Position numbers and translations under genes: made by a program. Shown here piece after piece: positions 1 through 10,150 of a stretch of 64,000 bases of DNA; within the stretch, counting starts at the first letter, position 1; each line of letters begins with the position of its first letter. Where the stretch lies: assembly GCA_946965045.2 (NCBI GenBank), contig OX337241.1, positions 62,001-126,000 of the forward strand, given 5' to 3'. The notes beneath the pieces are model-generated. The model was not told the DNA's origin and did no database searches. It saw only the letters and a program-made list of their open reading frames with translations. The DNA is from Epithemia pelagica (Eukaryota; Protista; Bacillariophyta).

Positions 1-144
1 TGCGTATCATGGTTGTTGCCATGAGCATGGGAATGCACATGCTCATGGCCGTCATGAACATGAGAATGAGAATTGCTGGAATCCTCCTCCTCCATTTTGT
101 CGTCATCGTCGTTGTGCAGGGTGAGAAAGAGCAAGCGAAACTGT
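1..144 (-). CDS. Partial His-rich coding segment running off the left edge (possible metal-binding loop, e.g. ZIP/CDF transporter or metallochaperone)
   Basis: Minus-strand translation reads FRLLFLTLHNDDDDKMEEEDSSNSHSHVHDGHEHVHSHAHGNNHDTH and stays open to position 1. It is preceded by an acceptor-like CTCACAG. Upstream exons were not resolved. Confidence 0.35.
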
Positions 145-1446
145 GAGGACCGCATTATCTTGGATAGCGAGAGAGTACGTAGTATCGTCAATACACTGGA
201 AGTAAAGCCACACTGGGCCACACCAAACACCAAGGTCTACGAGCTAGCGACACCGTATTCGAATCGTCGTAACAGAGAGTGCACCTTTCCCAGTGTGTCT
301 TTTTGCGTGATGCCGAGGATGATGGTGTCTTTGACCAATGTTCGCTGTTGTTTCTTCTTTTTATTATTAGTTTGTGTGTGGAAAACGAGAAATCTACACA
401 GTGAGAAAGAAGACAGTGAGACGACTCTCTAATAGGATGTTGTGTTTGTGTTTGTGTTTTGTGTTGTTGATGGTGTGTCGATTGGTCCAACATACGTCTG
501 AATTCCGATGGACACGCAGGCTGTTTTGCCGTTTCTCTCGAGTTTCTAGTTCCTCATTTTTTGTGCTAACAAATCTAAAGTCTAACTAAAAGGTCGACTT
601 ACATTTGCATAGAGACAAAAAGTGATCGGTTCAATTATGTCTACGTCAAAGATCATAGAGGATGATAGATGAGACAGGTTCATGAGCTTGCTGCTGGCTT
701 GCTACTAGCTGCTCCTAATAGTAGTAAGGTAGAGGGCTTCTGTTCTTCTCTCGCAACTCGGAACTCGGAATGGCGCGACGTTCCCAATTCCCACTGTTAT
801 GAGTAATGAGTATGTTGTAATACTCCTATTTGCTATTATTGAAGTAGGTGAAAGACGCAGAGGCTTTTGTGTCGCAACATCAATTATGCCCAGACGGCGA
901 ACAAAGAAAGAAAAAGAAGGTCCATGGAATGAGATCAGCTTCCGCGTCTGGATCGCGACTTGGAATGCGACCACTGCATCCGTCTGGAGGCCTAGTAGCC
1001 ACACTAGGGCTGCTAGAGGGAGGAATGTGTCCACAAACCAAAACGATACAGCGAGACGCACAAACACAACTCCTACTAGAATCATCACCATCCTCACGAT
1101 CCGCACATGGATCCTTGTCCAGAAAATGGCAGTGCCTTGGAATACAACGACAAGGTCCCTGTCAAAAATAATGATATCTCTGTGGTGCGTCCAACATGGC
1201 CACAACAACTTCGAACAACAGGACCCAATCGCGAGAGTCATTTAGATGCAGACGGAACGAGAACAAACGAGAGAGAATTATCACACAAGTTTCCAAAACC
1301 ATTCTTTTTACGAGATCCATTTGGATTGGTTCGTTTACGCTGTGTTTGGTGATTTGGGGGGTTTGGATACGGAACAGTGCACTTCCATTTCCTAGCATGA
1401 TCCTCCTCCGTTACCTCTTTTTTCCTCGAATCCGTCTGTTTTACAG

Positions 1447-1944
1447 TTACATTCGATCGGCTTGTACCTTTTCCAAAAGTTCTCCCAATTCACCACTTTG
1501 GTACATTTCAATCATGATATCGGATCCGCCAATAAATTCTCCATCAATATACAATTGGGGAATCGTCGGCCATTGCGAGTATTCTTTAATGCCTTGTCGA
1601 ATCGCTTCATCGCTCAAGACATCGACCGTTTCGTACGTGGTCGTGGAGGCCAACAAATTGTTGAGAATTTGAATGGCCGTATTGGAAAAGCCACATTGAG
1701 GAAATAATTTACTCCCCTTCATGAATAACAAAATGGGAGTTTCCGTCACCATGGTTTGAATGCGTTCTTGTGTCGCATCCGTGTCCACAATGTCGTCGTC
1801 GTCACTCAGCGGAGACGAGGCCAGAACCAGGCCTGCTGGTAGTCGAGAGGTCACGGTCGGAGCCATGACTCCAAACGCGGACACCACAGGGACTTGCGCA
1901 GCCACCACGAGCAAGATTCCCACCACAATGTACCGCCAACCCAT
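1447..1944 (-). CDS. Plastid-targeted monothiol (CGFS) glutaredoxin, GrxD/Grx4-like
   Basis: ORF 1447..1968 has LFMKG...PQCGFS, GIKEYSQWPTIPQLYIDGEFIGGSDI. The N-terminus is a hydrophobic signal peptide ending VVSA-F followed by an S/T-rich transit peptide. Start placed at MGWRY; the ORF-track start is further upstream. Confidence 0.93.
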   Translation of the reverse strand: MGWRYIVVGILLVVAAQVPVVSAFGVMAPTVTSRLPAGLVLASSPLSDDDDIVDTDATQERIQTMVTETPILLFMKGSKLFPQCGFSNTAIQILNNLLASTTTYETVDVLSDEAIRQGIKEYSQWPTIPQLYIDGEFIGGSDIMIEMYQSGELGELLEKVQADRM

Positions 1945-2881
1945 GAATGTAAGTTGCATTTGGGACATGATCGAAACGGTTCTCCCTTTTTCTTTGGTGT
2001 TGTTGGAGCAGATCGGTTGTTCTGTGTGTTGGGTGTTGTTGGAGATCGAAAAATCCTTGTGACGTCAGTAGGGAACGTCTGACCGGCGGCCGCTCGCGTA
2101 AGGGTCGTGGATATAAAGAAAGGTGTCACGAGTCACGTGTCTACACGACTGGGAGGGTTGGTTCCGAATCGCTCCGCAATCTCGCCATGACACGACGATC
2201 GGCGGTTCTCGTCACATTTTGGCCGATTGGATTGGGGTCTCCTGTTTGCCTCTACAAGGAATGATGCAAGTAGGTAGACGGTATGGAAAGATGACGGCAT
2301 AGATATTCGAGTGTAATTAATGGAAGACGTCGACCTTTCTTGTTAGTCGCTCGGATGAGATTCCGTCTTCTCCATCCAGATCACACACACAGTGATGAAT
2401 TGTGATACAGACAGACAGTGCGTCCTCTTGCAAGTGGTATACCCTCAACAAAGCCTTCTCTATCTCCTACTAGACTAAAAGCACCACCTTTTGTCGTGCG
2501 ATGATTTTTCTCTTCGCAAGGGCGCGTTCCAGTGGTCGGAAGCAGTGCCGCCCAGAGGCATTCTTTCGAATACACGAATGGGGACTTTATCCAAAAACCC
2601 ACATACTCAGAGATTGATGAGACCGGAACGGCGGAGGAAATTGGCGGACAAAACCACGGTGAGAGTATTGCCTCGGGAAATCCGTGGCCATGAGAGGTGA
2701 AACGTTGTTCATTGATCAAAACGAGAGTTGTTTCTCATTTGGGATCGTCATTGTATCATGGTTCGAACCGTTTCTTGTCATGAGGACACACGCCGACGTT
2801 GTCATCCAGTGGAAACTCACACAAAATAAATGATGGGATTACTCTGTACAGAGGTAGAGCAGCGATGCTACCACACCAGTT

Positions 2882-3099
2882 GCTTCGATCAATCGAACCG
2901 GGTGTGTTGAAACACAATGTGCTGCTTGATTTACACAACAAACCGGACCCCAATGCAGGAAGGACACTCCCAGCTAGCAGCAGGGACAGCGCTTCGATCA
3001 ATCGAACCGGGTGTGTTGAAACACAATGTGCTGCTTGATTTACACAACAAACCGGACCCCAATGCAGGAAGGACACTCCCAGCTAGCAGCAGGGACAGC
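2882..3099. repeat. Perfect tandem duplication, 2 x 109 bp
   Basis: 2882-2990 (gcttcgatcaatcgaaccggg...gcagcagggacagc) is repeated identically at 2991-3099. Confidence 0.95.
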
Positions 3100-3145
3100 A
3101 TCATCCCCTGTAGTCTGTCCAACAGGATGAATTTCCAGGCGTATG

Positions 3146-4480
3146 CTAATGCGTTTCATTCCCCTGTGAACACGGTTGTCTCCGTCGGTGTTCCAAAAAC
3201 ACTTGATAGCGCCGTTTGGTTGTGTGTTGCAGAGGCTCTTTATGAGGTTCGCTTGGTGCATCGTGGTGTTTGTTCCGAGTCCTGAGCGATTCGATAATCC
3301 TCTGGTACCGTTTCTTTGGTCGTTTGCTGTGTGGAATGCTTGTGGAGGTTTTGGTTGGTCCCAAAACCGCCCCAGTTCTATTAGGCAATGCAAGAATTTG
3401 TTTTCCGCTTGGTTCATGGACTGTTGTCCCAGGATAAGGATTGTCGTTTCGGTTGTTTTGAGTTGCTTGGTTGCTCCATCGTGCAGAGGGGCCCGGCTTC
3501 CAAGAGCAAAGATAAAAGTCAGCCGAGGGTAACCCTCGATCCATGTCTTCGTCCACCCCATAGTCTTCGCCATACACGGCCTTCCAATGACGTTGCGTAT
3601 CATGCACAGTTTGCCACCAGTGAGACATGCTGGTGGTACATCGATCGTAGACCAAATCATTTGGAATCAATTGTGTCGATCCGCCTCCTCGAAGGATACG
3701 ACAGTCGTGAATGTAGTTTACAATCCCCCTCAACATGTGCGTTTTCCATATCCAGAGAATCGGATACGTGGGGACCGGGCAAACTGGTTGAAGACTGGAA
3801 CTCAATGCCACAAATTTTTGATATTGCAAAACGGCACCTCGTACAGCATCCTCTTTATTCTCCTGAACAATGAAATGTCGAATATGCCATAAAAATTCAC
3901 GGTGCTGTCTTACCGAAGTCATCAAGTACTTGTTTGTCAAGGAGTAGATCGAATTCTCCTTGGTAGACCGTGAGGGATTGTCCATGAGGTTTATGTTGGA
4001 GGGGAAAAAGGGTTCGTAGGGATAGGTATTCCACCAATATTCCTGAGCCAGATTGTTGTGAACTGTTTCTTGGTCAACAAAGTTAAAGGGTGCCTGACAT
4101 TCTAGAATGCGTCTGAATTGATTTTGACAATAGTCCTCGTAGCGGTTTGGTGACAGGCGATGACAATGCCACAACCAAGCAATGTCTGCTGGAGGAATGA
4201 GGACTGTCTCAGATGGATACTTGCCCAACAAGGGGAGCCAGAAATGGAGATATCACCGTATGGAATGATCCAAAGGGTAACGGAGTGTCACGCCAGAAGC
4301 ATTTAAACGCTGTAAAAAGTCCACATATTTCCAGGCATTGGTGACCAAATCGGATTCCACCCATGGAGGAGTCGAACCAGCCCTGATTCGAATCCTGGCC
4401 GCTTCGTTCATCATGGGAACATCGTTTGGAAGGTCATCCATGGTTCCTTTTTCAAATCTATTCTTCTCAGTTGCGTTCAT
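3146..4480 (-). pseudogene. GRDP-like/DUF1399 gene, copy A, with premature TGA at 4253-4255
   Basis: ORFs 4253..4540 and 3146..4231 are in the same frame and read DHSIR*YLHFWLPLLGKYP. The stop aligns to Arg in the paralogs (HALNRYLHFW, HALDRYLLFW). Family motifs PPADIAWLWHCHRL..RY..YC and VPTY.I.WIW.THML are present. Confidence 0.8.
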
Positions 4481-5509
4481 CGTCGTCTTGTTGTTTTTCT
4501 CTTTGTGGTTCGCATACAGAGGCCAGTCCCGATGGTTCACAGCAACGACAATTGTGTGTTACCAGCACCAACAGCCACGGCTCGCAACCAATGCTCCCAG
4601 TTTGAGAACAACAAGAGTTTGACTACTTGACAAGGATGGACGGGACGTAGGTTTAAGCATTCTCGTTGCCACTTCTATTCCAAACGTCGCAGTCTCTCGT
4701 GTTTCTTCAATCTTGGTGGATTCAACTGTTTGAGGTCCTCTTTTTCTGATGCCTTCGAAGTCAGATCTTATTGATCTTTCAAAATGATGTTGGTACTTCC
4801 AAGAGTCGTCTGCCAAGTTCCACAACGCCTAACAAAATATCATCGTGTCCAACTTGGCGATCAGTGTCGCACCATATTGAATGGCCAAGTCGAGGGATGG
4901 GAGTCATCCAAATAAAAAGGGAAGTTCACCAATTTGAGCATCCCTCTTTCCTTGTACGTTGACCACGGTAGTAAGTGTCGAATCATTTGTAGCCTTGATG
5001 ATAAGAATCACAGAAGAAGAGAGGTAGGAGCGTCGTCGTATTCCATCGATTTCCATGTTGGATCAGCATCTGTCAGAGTTGTGAGAGAATGCGCTCCAAG
5101 CTCTAGTTGATCATTGTACCGCATATCCAAGGTATGCCATTCAACATTCTTCTCCAATGTTTCCGAAACCTGTTTCATATCATGTGGTCAGTCATTATAC
5201 TATCTCCAACATTCAACGTTCGTCACCATGAGAAATAACGCAATGTTGTCATGGCCAATCATTGTTGTGAACAGTCTGTAGGACCAAGGGAAGAATGGCG
5301 TACCATAATAGGCGTTGGACGAGATCAAATTGGGGATATCTTCTCAGCGGATGTTTCATTGTCAATCTGTGGACCTCGCTCTTCATCATACGAGGACACC
5401 TCTTTATCACGGATTAATGAGATCTCGCGTGTATCTTAAAATTCTTATTGTAATACATCAGCAAAAGATACTTTTCATGGGGCTTGTCATGAAATCTATG
5501 TGCGATTGA

Positions 5510-6847
5510 ATGCCTTTCGCGACAGGCACGGCTCCACCCACTACGCTCTCCACGTCCACGCTGCGAAAGCTTCCACGCGTTGTGCTCAGTTATATGCCAT
5601 TTCTCTTGTCAACGTTGGAGAGCACCGTGACCATGACAATGACACTGAGAGAACAAGCGTGGCAGTCGGGCCTAGTCCTTTTGGACGAGACACCTGAATG
5701 GAATGAAAACGATTGGCCTCCTCTTCAGGGTGGATGGCGTTATCGTCCTGCTACGGTTGTACTTGATCATCCCGATCAACACAATAACATCAACAACAAG
5801 AGACAAACGGTCGTCGTGATGGGCGGAAATACACAAGACTTAGTCTTAACCAGCTCCGTTCTTGTAATGAATTTGGAGGGCCAGAACAAGCAGTGGCGAG
5901 AAGGGCCGCCCATGAACAAGAGTCGTCGAACACATGCCGCTGTTGTCTGCAACGGAGCTGTCTATGTGATGGGAGGACACAATCAAGGTCCATTGGATTC
6001 TATCGAACGAATCGATGCCATGGATGTGCTACAATCATCTTCGACATCAAGCAGCACACGTGCGAGCAATTGGACGACATTGAAGTGTCGCTTATCAACG
6101 CGAAGGTATGGATGTTGTGCTGTTGCGGTGCACAACCGATACATAATTGTAATGGGTGGCTACAGCAATCGTTATTTGTCGTCGGTGGATATTATTGATA
6201 CCAGCAATCACACTGTCACTGCTGGACCATCCATGAATGTCCCTCGACAATTTTGTTCCAGTGCGGTCATTGGTCACCGCATCTTTGTTGTTGGAGGTTG
6301 GAACCTGAGTGGCGATCTTGACTCGGTGGAGTATTTGGACCTCGAAAGGCCATGGGATGATGAAGAGATAAAAAAGGAGACTGGTTCGACATTTATTTCT
6401 TTCTCGTCCACCTGGATCACTCATTCTGATTTGGTGCTTTCCATTGCACGAAGTTCTTGTGAAGTGGTTGCCGTGGGCTCTTGTCTGGTGGTGGCGGGAG
6501 GACGAGGCAATGCAACCGTGGAGGTCTTTGATACGCATCACAACCGCATGTGGAATCTCCCATCATTCGTGAATCACCGCAATGGCTTCACCATGGTGAC
6601 TGTTGCCAATCAAGTTGCCATGATTGGTGGTGGATTCAATCCTACCTGTGCGACATTACCACTACTAGACAAGCATACGTGGTGCTTTCGTCAACTCTTT
6701 AAGCAGCAGCCCGACAGATGGTGTCTTTTTCGGGAAGGAATGAATACCCAACATTCTGATATTTCACCCTTCCCCACCTGGACATCAGCTCGTAAACGAG
6801 CAAGGCCCAATACACGCCGTGGTGATGAAGGCAAGGATGGAACTTGA
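5510..6847 (+). CDS. Kelch-repeat beta-propeller protein
   Basis: Six Kelch-type hydrophobic-GG motifs (VVVMGG, VYVMGG, IIVMGG, IFVVGG, LVVAGG, VAMIGG) with W..GP.M spacing. The true start may be an internal Met. Confidence 0.9.
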   Translation: MPFATGTAPPTTLSTSTLRKLPRVVLSYMPFLLSTLESTVTMTMTLREQAWQSGLVLLDETPEWNENDWPPLQGGWRYRPATVVLDHPDQHNNINNKRQTVVVMGGNTQDLVLTSSVLVMNLEGQNKQWREGPPMNKSRRTHAAVVCNGAVYVMGGHNQGPLDSIERIDAMDVLQSSSTSSSTRASNWTTLKCRLSTRRYGCCAVAVHNRYIIVMGGYSNRYLSSVDIIDTSNHTVTAGPSMNVPRQFCSSAVIGHRIFVVGGWNLSGDLDSVEYLDLERPWDDEEIKKETGSTFISFSSTWITHSDLVLSIARSSCEVVAVGSCLVVAGGRGNATVEVFDTHHNRMWNLPSFVNHRNGFTMVTVANQVAMIGGGFNPTCATLPLLDKHTWCFRQLFKQQPDRWCLFREGMNTQHSDISPFPTWTSARKRARPNTRRGDEGKDGT

Positions 6848-8699
6848 AATTTGCAACGTATTGCATGTATGTTGTATGTGCTAACATTGGCGGAACCATA
6901 GCATTGTCATTTTACTCTCAAACAGTAGTTGTATTGTTTCCCTTCATGGCATTGCGACCTGTAGAGATATCATGTACACCATTTTACTAGTAGAAAATGA
7001 AAGTTAAAGAAGTGGAGCCAGGCCTTGTGTGGATGTCCATGGTACCATGCCTCTCTGCTGTTGAATAGGTCGAGTTACCATGCTGTGGAAGATTATGGTT
7101 GCGTTTGGACGGGCGTCTTCGTTCCGACCATGCGTTTTTTTGTGAGGGGTCCGGTCCTTCTATGGCTAATGCCTGCGTCAGAGGACAGTTCCCCCTGTCT
7201 CTCGACGCTTGTGGTTTCAGGTGACAGGACATTTGCGAATCCTTCGGAATTTTTGCAACCGAAGTGTTTGAAATTTCCTCCACTACAGCAACTAGTCTTT
7301 ATCATAAGGTCGGCGATTTGCTCGCAATGGACCAGATTGACAACAAGGAATCGAGTCTAGTCGTTGCCACACCACAACCTCCCGAACTACCAACGCAGGC
7401 ACAAAAGAAGAAAGTCTTCATCTTTCCTCCTCCTAGCATACCTCAATTGGACGAAACTGATAGTATCATTGCCGTGGAACCGACTGTGTTCAATTTCCAC
7501 CACCACTACTTCCTGTCGCAGCATTACTCGTTCAATTGCTCATGCTTGGAAACAAGCTGCTCCCCATCGCGATGTCTTGCCCCTCAATGACAGTTCCGCC
7601 GAAACCTTGTTGCACGATACCCCACTGTCCAACAGCAGTGTCGGACATCGACCACTACAACATTTGTGCCTCGTACACCACCAACAAAACTACGACCCGT
7701 GCCGATCATGTCTTGGCTGTAGTCTACTAGAATTTCTTCTTCTTGTTGTTCTTGTTGTTCTTCTTCTTCTTCGCTGGATTCTGGTTGGTGTTTCTGCCTT
7801 GTCGTCGTTTCGAAAGGAAATGAGAACCTGAATGACACGCAGAATGCACTCGTGTTTTTCAATGTCAAGAATGTCGTGCCATTCAAAGTAACAGGAATCC
7901 AAATCCAATCCATGATGCAGTATGAATTGGTCTCTTGCATTCTGCTATTTGCGATTGCCGAGCTATGCCACTTACTTCGGCGTGTGTTCTGCTTTTAAAT
8001 CTATTGTGCCGTTGCGCGATGAATGTTTCTCTTTTCTTTCTTGGTCGTTTGAGCGCTATCGCATGAAGTGTAGACCATTTGTTCGCCTTCACTGCAGTAT
8101 AGGTCGTCTTCTTGGTTGCTATCTTCTCATTTTGCTTGTTCTGGGGTAGCAGTAGATGGTATATTGTTGGGCATAGAGCCAACATCTCGCGCTTGCCCGT
8201 CACACGTGCAGCGCGGAGGGCGTTGCTTCTTTGACGGCCACAAAATCTTCTCCAAACACAATAAATTCGCGGACGACCCCAACATGTTCCATGGATCCTG
8301 GTTTCTCATGCAAGCTCGCCATTGTACGACAATTCGATTCGATTCGTTCCATCTCATGGCGGTACACTCCGACTCTATCACGCAGTGGGTACTGACAAAT
8401 GTGGATGTGAGGTTGCAATCTCTTCGTCTGCATGCCGCGTCCGCGTTGTTTGTCGACCAAGAACAATGAATATTGTAGATGGATTGATGATAGATTCGGT
8501 TATGGTTCAGTAGCATAGAGAATGGTTTACATGTGTCGTGACACCATTCGTTTCGAGGAATCGAACCTGATTAGTCGTATTTTTGGGACTGCCCCATCCG
8601 ACAAAGTGATCAGCAAGAAGAACCAAGAATCAAAATCAAACGATCGATTGGATGGTTCGTAGGACGTACCAATTTTGTGGTAGGGTCAACCGAAGGTCT

Positions 8700-9977
8700 T
8701 CATGTTCCAATAGGAGTACCTTCCTTTCTCCGCCGGTGCCCCAAAAACACTTGGTAGCGTTTCTTTGGTGGTCTTTTCATTGGCCCTTCATGCGCTGGAT
8801 GGTTTGTTGTAGGATTTTGTTCGGACTGGAGCTGCTGTTGGGGTTTGTTCCCGACCAAAGCTTTAGCCAACACCTGGTACCGCTTCTTTGGTTTTTTGTT
8901 ATCCAAGGTTGACTCTTTGAATTTCGAACGACACCCTGTCTGCGGTGTCCAGGAGGTTCGGTAATATTCGGGAGGAGGAGAGCTACTGCGATACATGTCT
9001 CGGTCGATCAAATAGTCTTCGCCATAGACAGCCTTCCATCGACGCCTCGTTTCATGCACGGCTCCGAGCCAGTTGGACACGTTCGACACAGAGCGATCGT
9101 CGACCAAAAAGTCATGAACCAATGTCGATCCTTGTCGAAGGATCCGGCAATCATGGTTGTATCGTTCAATCCCCATCAAAATATGCGTTTGCCAAATCAG
9201 GGCAATTTGATAGGTAGGGACCAGATCACGCAAGGAAGAAGGTTTCGCAGTGGGACTAATATTGAGAGCCACAAATTTCATGTATTGCGAGACGCCTTCT
9301 CGTAGAAATGAGGTCTGGTCACGAGACAACATTTGTCGTGTGACGTGCCACAAAAACTCACCGTGCAGTCGAGTGCACGCAATGAGATAGTCCCTTGTCG
9401 CAGACGAGCCACTCTTGATGTAATCCTTTTTAGTGTTGTGCTTGTTGAGAAGGAGAAAGTGTTCATATGGATAAGTATTCCACCAATGATATCGCGCCAG
9501 ACTATTGTGGACCGTGCGCTCTTCCACAAAGTCAAAGGGTGCCTGGCACTCCAGAATATGTCCAAATCGTCTATGGCAGTACGCTTCGTAGCGGCCTGTT
9601 GATAGTCGATGACAATGCCACAACCAAGCAATGTCTGCGGGAGGAATCAGCACCGTCTCGGATGGATACTTGTTCACCAAAGGAAGCCAAAATAGCAGAT
9701 ACCGGTCCAAAGCATGATTCGAAGGGTCTTTTACCGTGACGCCAGTGGCATGAAGGCGCAGCATAAAGTCAATGTACTTCAAGGCATGGGCGACCAACTC
9801 CGACTCTACCCAAGGTGGAGACGAACCAGCCATTATTCGAATCCTTGACGCTTCGGTCATCGAGTCAACACCATTTGAGACATCTTCCGTTAATTCTTTG
9901 TCCACTTCATCGTTCAGAGATGATTTCATCATCATTTTCTTGTTGGTGTTTGGTTTTCTCTTTGTGGTCGCTCGCAT
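8700..9977 (-). CDS. GRDP-like/DUF1399 protein, copy B
   Basis: Intact ORF with PPADIAWLWHCHRL and LVPTYQIALIWQTHIL motifs. First in-frame ATG is at 9977; the ORF track starts at a TTG at 10052. Confidence 0.85.
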   Translation of the reverse strand: MRATTKRKPNTNKKMMMKSSLNDEVDKELTEDVSNGVDSMTEASRIRIMAGSSPPWVESELVAHALKYIDFMLRLHATGVTVKDPSNHALDRYLLFWLPLVNKYPSETVLIPPADIAWLWHCHRLSTGRYEAYCHRRFGHILECQAPFDFVEERTVHNSLARYHWWNTYPYEHFLLLNKHNTKKDYIKSGSSATRDYLIACTRLHGEFLWHVTRQMLSRDQTSFLREGVSQYMKFVALNISPTAKPSSLRDLVPTYQIALIWQTHILMGIERYNHDCRILRQGSTLVHDFLVDDRSVSNVSNWLGAVHETRRRWKAVYGEDYLIDRDMYRSSSPPPEYYRTSWTPQTGCRSKFKESTLDNKKPKKRYQVLAKALVGNKPQQQLQSEQNPTTNHPAHEGPMKRPPKKRYQVFLGHRRRKEGTPIGT

Positions 9978-10150
9978 TGTCGGCAACCTGGAGGGTTCGC
10001 GTTGGGAAAGAAAATGCGAACCTCCATGACAAGGTTGACAGTTCGAGAGCAAGACGTTCCAAGGACAAATAAAGTCAAATAATCTCTTGGTTGCTCACCA
10101 GGGCAAACAACGACGACGACGATCACCGAGACCCCCATCCCATCGTCTGG

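Noticed and set aside
799-1352. Overlapping plus-strand ORFs of 81-148 aa
   Set aside because: No recognisable motifs and no frame clearly favoured; could not build a supported gene model.
2882-3099. CRISPR-like or mobile-element repeat
   Set aside because: Only two abutting identical units with no spacers, TIRs or TSD; eukaryotic context with no cas genes.
4253-4255. Selenocysteine TGA
   Set aside because: It aligns with Arg in three paralogous modules, not Cys, and no SECIS was recognised.
8545-8620. tRNA-like T-loop (GGTTCGATTCC on the minus strand)
   Set aside because: The T-stem has a mismatch and no D-arm, anticodon arm or acceptor stem can be formed.
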